From: Eledone cirrhosa
Taxonomy: Eukaryota
DNA length: 64,000 nucleotides
Assembly (NCBI GenBank): GCA_964016885.1
Contig: OZ024740.1
Span: 159,340,001-159,404,000, forward strand
Reading direction: 5' to 3'
Shown: piece by piece, positions 55,809 to 64,000 of the stretch
Layout of the letters: each line of letters starts with the position of its first letter
How positions within the stretch are numbered: position 1 is the stretch's first letter
Program-made: the position numbers and the translations under genes
Notes under the pieces: generated by a model
Told to the model about the DNA's origin: nothing
What the model saw: only the letters and a program-made list of their open reading frames with translations
Database searches by the model: none

Positions 55809-57640
55809 TTAATTGTAAGTTGTGATGTTGCTGTTCCACTCATATTTTCTATTTAATTTTGGTCTTAATTCTTTTATGCTTACTGCCTCTGTAATTTGCC
55901 TAAACATTGCGTCTTTTCTGTGTGTGGATTCTATTTTTATTTCTAAGTTCTCTAAACTACCCCTGTGTTCTATCTTAGCATGTTGGTAGAGCACAGATGA
56001 TTCTTTATTATCTTGGAGGTCTCGCCAGTGTTCATTTATTCGTTCCCCTATACTACGAGCTGTCTCACCTATGTACACTATATTTTTGTTTCTACATTGT
56101 CCTTCAGTACATCTTATGCTATACACTACATTTCTAGTTTTACAGTTAATATGGGGGCTTATTTTACAGGTTATACATTTCTTATCTATACATGAGGGTC
56201 TTTGGAACGGGTATGTCTTGCTAATAAGTGTTTTTACGGAGGTACCTGGTCTTTCTACTATCTTAATATTGAGATTATGTTTATTTGGGGCCCTTTTAAA
56301 TTCGTAGGCTAGTTCGCCTCTAGGGGTTGTATTGATGAACATTACACTCTGGTATTTATTGCTATCATATCATGAGTTTATTCTATTGGCCTTGTTCCTA
56401 GTTCTTTCTATTCTATTCCAAAATATGCTCCTATACAAGGGGCAGGTCCCATTTAAGTCATTATTTACCATTTTTTCCCATTTGGTTCTGGCTCCTTTAT
56501 ACACTCTGATTCTATCTCTCTGATTGTAGCCAGAGAACTGCATACGGTGGATGAAGTGTTGTATGTGTCTCTCTAGTTCTTCGGGGTTGCACATGCGGGA
56601 CACATTTCTCATCACCCGTACCAAATCCGCAATCAGTATGTTGATTTTGGTATGGTCCGAAATGGCCGAGTTTCGGTGGATCAGATGTTTGGAAGTCATG
56701 GGTTTGGCATAATGGGAATGGAGGATTTGTTTTTGGTTGTTAATGGTATCTAACAAGAGCTCTGTGTCTAGTACAGGTAATCGATGGTTGGGGTGTCTAC
56801 TTGGGTAGTCTATAGTAACTCTAATGCTCTGTTGGATGGAGTTTGCTATTTGCTGGATGCTTTCCATTGTGTTTTTCTCTAGTTCCTGACTGTTCTTTAG
56901 TGGGGGTGTCTTAACTACGATGTTTATATCATCTACGTAGCGGGAGTACATTATCAGGGTTAAGCTGTCTTCTAATTGTTCTTTAAGTTTTTGTTTAAGT
57001 CTACTGTCCCACCATACCATGAATAAGTTAGCTATGTCGCCTGCAATGCTAACACCAATGGCTGCTCCTTCCTCTTGGGCATATGTTTTACCATTAAATT
57101 TGAACATATGTTCCTTAAGGGTTAGTTTTATGCTGGCCCCTACCGCATGTGCAATCATTTTCTTCAGTTCATCGTGGTTTTCGGGTGTCCGTATGGCTCT
57201 GGTCCACCCGTTCCATCTATCTGTGTGGGTTTTCTTGGCCATTGAGGTAATGGTAGGTGGTCTGCCTCTTGCTGGTCTTGTAGGGCACAGGTTGCTAAGG
57301 TCATAAGTGTGTAGGTAACTATTACTATGGGTAAGCTTAAGTTGAAGTCCCAGCTCACTGGTATCAATCCCACGGAACTCAACCTTGCTCTCGCTGATCA
57401 TTTCTACGCATTTCTCCACAGCAAAATCCACGCCAATAGATGGATACAGGGACACAACATCCATACTGCCTATTATGCAGTTTGTTAGGTCCCCAGATCG
57501 GTTACCCGCGCCGATTCTGCTGAGGAGGTCCTCCGTGCTGTCACACACATCTGGGGACATCTCAATGATGGGGCGTATGATCAGGGAGAGGAAGTAGGAC
57601 AGTCTGTAGTTACTAGCAATGTTAGCCCCACAGACTGGCC
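55809..57640 (-). pseudogene. PLE RT plus GIY-YIG ORF, 5'-truncated, with one in-frame TGA at 56370-56372
   Basis: GSMDVVSLYPSI, YAQEEGAAIG, YSRYVDDI, LPVLDT, CIDKKCITC, NVVYSIRC...YIGETARS..ER..EH. Confidence 0.95.
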
Positions 57641-57648
57641 GTGTTGGT

Positions 57649-58498
57649 GGACCATACCAAAATCAACATACTGATTGCGGATTTGGTACGGGTGATGAGA
57701 AATGTGTCCCGCATGTGCAACCCCGAAGAACTAGAGAGACACATACAACACTTCATCCACCGTATGCAGTTCTCTGGCTACAATCAGAGAGATAGAATCA
57801 GAGTGTATAAAGGAGCCAGAACCAAATGGGAAAAAATGGTAAATAATGACTTAAATGGGACCTACCTCTTGTATAGGAGCAAATTTTGGAATAGAATAGA
57901 AAGAACTAGGAACAAGGCCAATAGAATAAACTCATGGTATGATAGTAATAAATACCAGAGTGTAATGTTCATCAATACAACCCCTAGAGGCGAACTAGCC
58001 TACAAATTTAGAAGAGCCCTAAATAAACATAATCTCAATATTAAGATAATAGAAAGACCAGGTACCTCCGTAAAAACACTTATTAGCAAGACATACCCGT
58101 TCCAAAGACCCTCATGTATAGATAAGAAATGTATAACCTGTAAAATAAGCCCCCATATTAACTGTAAAACTAGAAATGTAGTGTATAGCATAAGATGTAC
58201 TGAAGGACAATGTAGAAACAAAAATATAGTGTACATAGGTGAGACAGCTCGTAGTATAGGGGAACGAATAAATGAACACTGGCGAGACCTCCAAGATAAT
58301 AAAGAATCATCTGTGCTCTACCAACATGCTAAGATAGAACACACGGGTAGATTAGAGAACATAGAAATAAAAATAGAATCCACACACAGAAAAGACGCAA
58401 TGTTTAGGCAAATTACAGAGGCAGTAAGCATAAAAGAATTAAAACCAAAATTAAATAGAAAATATGAGTGGAACAGCAACATCACAACTTACAATTAA
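57649..58498 (+). pseudogene. inverted duplicate of the PLE ORF C-terminus (thumb plus GIY-YIG)
   Basis: Nearly identical protein to the left arm, with TGG where the left arm has TGA. Confidence 0.95.
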
Positions 58499-58728
58499 GG
58501 ACAAAATGAAAACACACACAGGACAAAATGAAAACACACACACACATAGAACAAACAACCAACCAACAATAAATAAATAAATAAATAAACAAATAGATAA
58601 ATGAACACAAACACACACAGACACCCGGATGTGGCGCATGCGCAAACTGAGCACACAACACACACACAGAAACAAAATGGCGTAGGATAGAAGAAAGGAA
58701 AGGCACAGAAACAAAGAAAGGAATCCCC

Positions 58729-58773
58729 AGTCACTGAAGAGGTCACAGAGTGTGTGACGAAAGGACTATGACT
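58729..58773 (+). ncRNA. minimal type I hammerhead in the pLTR (mirror at 55534-55578 on the minus strand)
   Basis: agtca CTGAAGA g-gtcac-agagtgt-gtgac GAAA ggac TA tgact. Confidence 0.8.
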
Positions 58774-58964
58774 ATATATAAACAACTATCTGGTTGTGGA
58801 ACCAACCAACCAGCCAGAAATTTATAAGTTTGTAAATTTGTAAATTTATAAATTTATAAATATATAATAAATTGAAGTGAAAGCAACTGGTGCGTGTGTT
58901 TCTTATTGGCAACATGACCCTCCCAAAGTATAACTATATCTATATATATCTATATCTATCTATC

Positions 58965-59015
<51 letters not shown>

Positions 59016-59310
59016 ATTTATATATATATATGTATATATATATATAGAGAGAGGATAACAAGATATCCATGTTATTCTCCACTTTTTGAATTGTGTATAT
59101 ATATATATATATATATAAGTATGTATGTATGCGTACATACATATATGTATACAGACATACAATAGTATGTATATATATACATACTACTGTACGTCTGTAT
59201 ACATATATGTATGTACGTATACATACATACATACTTACATTTAAGTAACTGCCATACTAAGAGTGAGAAATGAAATTTCGTTTCATTCTATTCCATTTAT
59301 AATATATATA

Positions 59311-59499
59311 TAGGTAAGTTATTCCGGGTTGAATCTGAGGTAACCACAGCAAGTAAGGTACTCAATACATAGCAGTGTATAAAAGTTCTAATATATATGA
59401 GATTCTACAGGACTAGAACTGTTTCATTCTTTAGAAATCATCAGGAATCTCAGATTCCTGATGATTTCTAAAGAATGAAACAATTCTAGTCCTGTAGAA

Positions 59500-59511
<12 letters not shown>
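59311..59511. mobile_element. hairpin mini-element, family H7, made of two back-to-back hammerhead-like motifs
   Basis: Arms 59391-59450 and 59452-59511. gattc CTGATGA tttct-aa-agaat GAAA ca(g/a)t TC tagtc. The left arm extends ~80 nt further. Confidence 0.75.
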
Positions 59512-59531
<20 letters not shown>

Positions 59532-60049
59532 CTATATATATATATATGAACAACTGGATGCATGCATAAATATATAAACGTAGTAAGTCATATAACCGAT
59601 GATTATATATGTATAATATATTATAGATTCGATAGGATATATAGAAGGATAATGTTGATTCATGTGGATGTTGGAGTATGAGGTGGTAGTTATAGTCATA
59701 TATTTTAAGTATGTCTAAAGACTGTTATTATTGCTTAACAGCGATTTCTATTTACTGTGTGCTTCCATATGTTTATCCGCATCGTAAATTACACATACGA
59801 TAATGTTTTATGTATTCATGCGCCAGCATATATCCTTTTTGTTTACATATACCGATGTGTAAGGTGCTGCAGCGGCAAGCTCGTTAGAAAGTTGGATAGA
59901 TATCTCTAATCGATTTGTTCTGCCTTTTTGTGCCCTGAGTTCAAATCCCACTGAAGCAAAGTTTATCTTTCATATTTTCGACATCGATAAATAAAGTACC
60001 AGTTCAATACATGGATCGATTCTTCTCTTTTTCACACATACATACCCCC

Positions 60050-60155
<106 letters not shown>

Positions 60156-60171
60156 TATATATATATATATA

Positions 60172-60679
60172 TATAAAATTGAGATGAGCGGAACAAGTAA
60201 GATTCAACGTTATGTAGAGAACAAATCCGTTGTTTTATTTAGCTGCTATTTTTAATGGCGTGATAGACAACACGTCTATGTTTATTTCCCGCTTCTACTA
60301 AGGGCTGGTTCGTGCACAGGTCAAGTTTACGGCCTTATTCGATCCTCTGCTAGCTGGCAGGTGGCAATATATTTTGCCGTTCCTGGGACTTTTGTCCTAG
60401 GTAAGGAAAATGCTCTCTCATGATCCGAGCATTTCCATTGGAGGTCCCTAGGTCCTCCAATCTTTTGTAAGGTGAAACCATCGGTAAAAGCAAATGGAAT
60501 AGGTAAATATTTAAATTATATTTTTTAATTTATTTAAAAAAATTGTTTGAATCTTACTTGCTCCGCTTATCTCAATTTTATAGTTGTGGTATGTCAAATT
60601 AATACCATAGAACACCACTGTATCATAGAGACCCTATATATTTCCAGGGGTACTTCGTACATGTGGGGATATTAATCTC

Positions 60680-60685
<6 letters not shown>
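60172..60685. mobile_element. inverted PLE-like remnant
   Basis: 60172-60207 is inverted at 60548-60581. GAAA-cc-atc-gg-TA at 60475-60487. The right tail extends ~100 nt to (TA)n. Confidence 0.55.
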
Positions 60686-60740
<55 letters not shown>

Positions 60741-60859
60741 GGAAGTTCAGGTATTTTACATTAGAGTAATAACATTACGTTTAGACAGCATGACAAATTG
60801 AAGATTGCGACCGGTGAGCCAGCAGCAAGGACCAAAGCAGCGATAAAACAAACTCGGGC

Positions 60860-60932
<73 letters not shown>

Positions 60933-60982
60933 CCTTAATTTCTTCTTATATATATATATATATTTTTATATATATATATATA

Positions 60983-61015
<33 letters not shown>

Positions 61016-61100
61016 CAAGATGTATGGTAGGTCGTATGTGAATCGCGATGATCACGTCTGACCTACCAAATATGTGACGGTAGCTAGTTAAGCTCTATGC

Positions 61101-61139
<39 letters not shown>

Positions 61140-61143
<4 letters not shown>

Positions 61144-61528
61144 GAGAAGAAATTAAAAGATGGTTAAAAAAAGAAAGTCCATATATTTTATTTTGCGCAT
61201 TTCAAAAGCAAATATCATTCTGGGACGAAGTTGCGTTCTGATCAGATAAAATAAGGTAACATGATATGAGGCCTAAAAAACACTTATGAACAAGGAAGTG
61301 TCCAGTCAACATATGATAAATAAATATAAAAGGATATAGAAGATTGGAAAAAAAGGAAGGAAGAGGAAAAAGGAAAAAGAAGGAGAAGATAACGGAGGAA
61401 AAATTTGAGAAAATTTAAGAAAAATTTAAGAAAATTTAAGAAAAATTTAAGAAAAATTTAAGAAAAATTTAAGAATAATAAAATATATGGAACTTTTTTA
61501 ACCATCTTTTAATTCCTTCTTATATATA
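61140..61528. mobile_element. inverted remnant with degenerate hammerhead at 61187-61250(-)
   Basis: Arms about 61140-61192 and 61477-61528. Minus strand reads tttat ctgatca ... GAAA tgcgca aa ataaa. Confidence 0.6.
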
Positions 61529-61606
61529 CTCCAGTCCAATAAACTGTTGAGTGCTACTCATCCGATATATGCATAGTTTTATTGTTCTACAATAAAACTC
61601 ACCTCC

Positions 61607-61641
<35 letters not shown>

Positions 61642-61886
61642 CACACGCACACACACACGCATGCACACACACACACATATCTATCTATCTATATATATAT
61701 ATAACTTAACAAAATAAGAGGAGGGGAGCCACATGTATCACAGATGATATAATATTGACAAAAAATACAAGACTCAGTGGTCATGGACCGGTAAAATAGA
61801 CGTATACAGTTCCGATTCCCTCCGACAGTAAAGCTTGTCTATTCCCGGTCACAGTGTATGACAGAAACAGAGAGAGAGAGAGAGAG

Positions 61887-62021
<135 letters not shown>

Positions 62022-62130
62022 AAACAGGGGAGATAGACTGAGCGGCGACCGCTCTGTATAATCAGTGCCTGATTATTACTGGAATTCTATAAGAATCCAA
62101 CACACAATTTTCAGCAAACAGGAGAAGTGG

Positions 62131-62179
62131 TGAACTTTGATAAGTACCAAAAAGTACGAAACAGAACTCTGTCAGTTTA
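62131..62179 (+). ncRNA. degenerate hammerhead
   Basis: tgaact ttgataa gtac-caaaaa-gtac GAAA caga-ac-tctg TC agttta. All three stems intact, core mutated. Downstream sequence is inverted at 62022-62041 and 62106-62122. Confidence 0.65.
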
Positions 62180-62360
62180 TCTCCCCTGTTTGCTGAAAAT
62201 TTTAATAAGTGGTATTGTCACTATATTAAAACAATAGCGTATGGTCTTCAAAATGCTTTTGATTAAGCATACAGTGTATTGCAAAATATACTATATATGC
62301 ATTCATATATATATTGCTATTTCAGAGCACCAATTCTAATATATATATATATTTTTTTTC

Positions 62361-62483
<123 letters not shown>

Positions 62484-63140
62484 CAATACAAATATAACCA
62501 TGTTAACAGCACAGGTTCTATTGCCAGATCTCCCACCACATGGGTCAGATTCAAAGATTCAACCCAGCAGGATGCTAATCTTAGGACGGGGAGAATCGAA
62601 ACTAAAACACATTTGTACACCGTTTTAATCTACCACACAACCACACCACCGCACGGAATTAACCAACACCACTAGTAATAATATATATATATATATATGC
62701 TGAATTCACTGGCCAAAATAGGGGTTTTCTCCCCTTAGATTCTCATATGTGTTTTCATAACCTGCGAGATTCTGGTGATAGAAGAACAAAAACCCGTTGA
62801 GAAAGCGATGCCTTGTTCGATCATTATACCAAAGCTTATTTTTTATAAGCAGACAGTATTATTGATTTAGGTGTTGCAGAAAACCAATTTCGGAGTATGC
62901 CATCTTCCCCGAGGGTCCGGGTAAATATTTCAATCATATCTCATTTTATTTGACCCGTTTAGCTTGTTCGCTTTTTTGGCTAAGGTGGTTAATGGCTTCT
63001 TAACCATCGTATCAGCGTGTATGACCATTTTAACTTATGTTTATAGCTCTGGTATCTTCTTCATATCCATGGAGCGCTTGTCAGCACAATATGGAAGTTG
63101 CGTTTCGCTAATTTCTACCCGCCGATATGTGATTCTCGCT

Positions 63141-63230
<90 letters not shown>

Positions 63231-63790
63231 CGTGTGTGTGTGTATGTGTATAATATTTTATATTATATTACATATAGGTCAACATTGAAATATGCACAGA
63301 CATAAATACAGATGGGTTGAGAAGGAATTAGATAGAAGAGTATTGGAATCGTTAATTGATGTCCATGAGAGAAATAACTAGTTACTGGGACAAATATAAA
63401 TTTAGAACCGAGGACGTTGTGATTGGAAAACGAAGATATCTGAAACAGGAGTTGTATTGTGTGTATTTTTGTGTATGTAAATTTTAAAGAGTTATTGACA
63501 GATATATCTATAAATGAATCCATAAACGCACATGGCATGTGAAGGTGCGTGGTTTTGTGGTTGAAGAGTTTCGCTCGCAATCATGTCTATGGAATGCTCA
63601 GCCACCCGTATGTTAATTTCGTGAGCGAAATTCTATTATTTTGACAAATGGAATATATGTCGTTGGAAGCGACACATATCCAACTCCACACTATTATGGT
63701 TGATTATTCGTTTCAAAGTTATTGTGGTCAGTGAATGGGGAAAGTGATTGCGGTTTGGTTTGTCTATGCATAAAGCAAACTTGTACCACC

Positions 63791-64000
63791 AATAATGATT
63801 TCTAGTATAGGCACAAGGCCAGTAATTTGGAGGGAGGGGAAAATCGATTAAATCGACCCCAGTACATTACTGGCATTTATTTTATCGTCCCGGTAAGGAT
63901 GAAAGGCAAAGTTAACCTCGGTGAGATTTGAACTCAGATCATAAAGGGGTGTAACTCTATGCTGCACAGTATGGTGTCCGACGCTCTACCGATACTGCCA
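63791..64000 (-). mobile_element. SINE family A, long variant, running to the window end
   Basis: Conserved body. Confidence 0.9.

Larger units (their letters stand above)
55308..58935. mobile_element. young Penelope-like element (family N) with a 1.29-kb inverted duplication
   Basis: 55373-56658 is the near-identical reverse complement of 57649-58934. RT core lies in the spacer. Hammerhead in both pLTRs. (TA)n flanks. Confidence 0.95.

Noticed and set aside
56370-56372. In-frame TGA as possible selenocysteine, as reported for some Naiad PLEs
   Set aside because: The other arm has TGG (Trp) at this position and the cysteines are normally encoded, so it is a nonsense mutation.

Overview
This is not prokaryotic DNA. 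It is AT-rich, microsatellite-saturated animal DNA, probably from an octopod cephalopod judging by the SINE family. I found no host protein-coding exon, and nearly all of the ORF track is (TA)n/(CA)n/(GA)n/(TACA)n noise. The real content is mobile DNA: three Penelope-like retroelements (PLEs; RT and/or GIY-YIG), an R4/Dong-like RLE element inside (TACA)n, RTE and Tx1-like LINE fragments, non-autonomous Helitrons, a Tc1/mariner-type MITE and about 20 tRNA-derived SINEs. The main result lies outside the ORF track. More than a dozen sequence-unrelated families of type I hammerhead ribozyme (CUGANGA...GAAA...UH, often with a tiny palindromic stem III) sit in small, mostly non-coding elements, usually inserted into (TA)n and often as head-to-head hairpins. 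Three regularities stand out: (i) within a family, each inverted insertion has one fixed long 3' end and one fixed short 3' end; (ii) in one family the hairpin apex falls repeatedly inside ribozyme stem II; (iii) several elements are ORF-less, terminally redundant 420-620 nt units resembling retrozymes. All folds and alignments were read by eye, so coordinates are approximate to a few bases, and novelty against the literature or databases was not checked.
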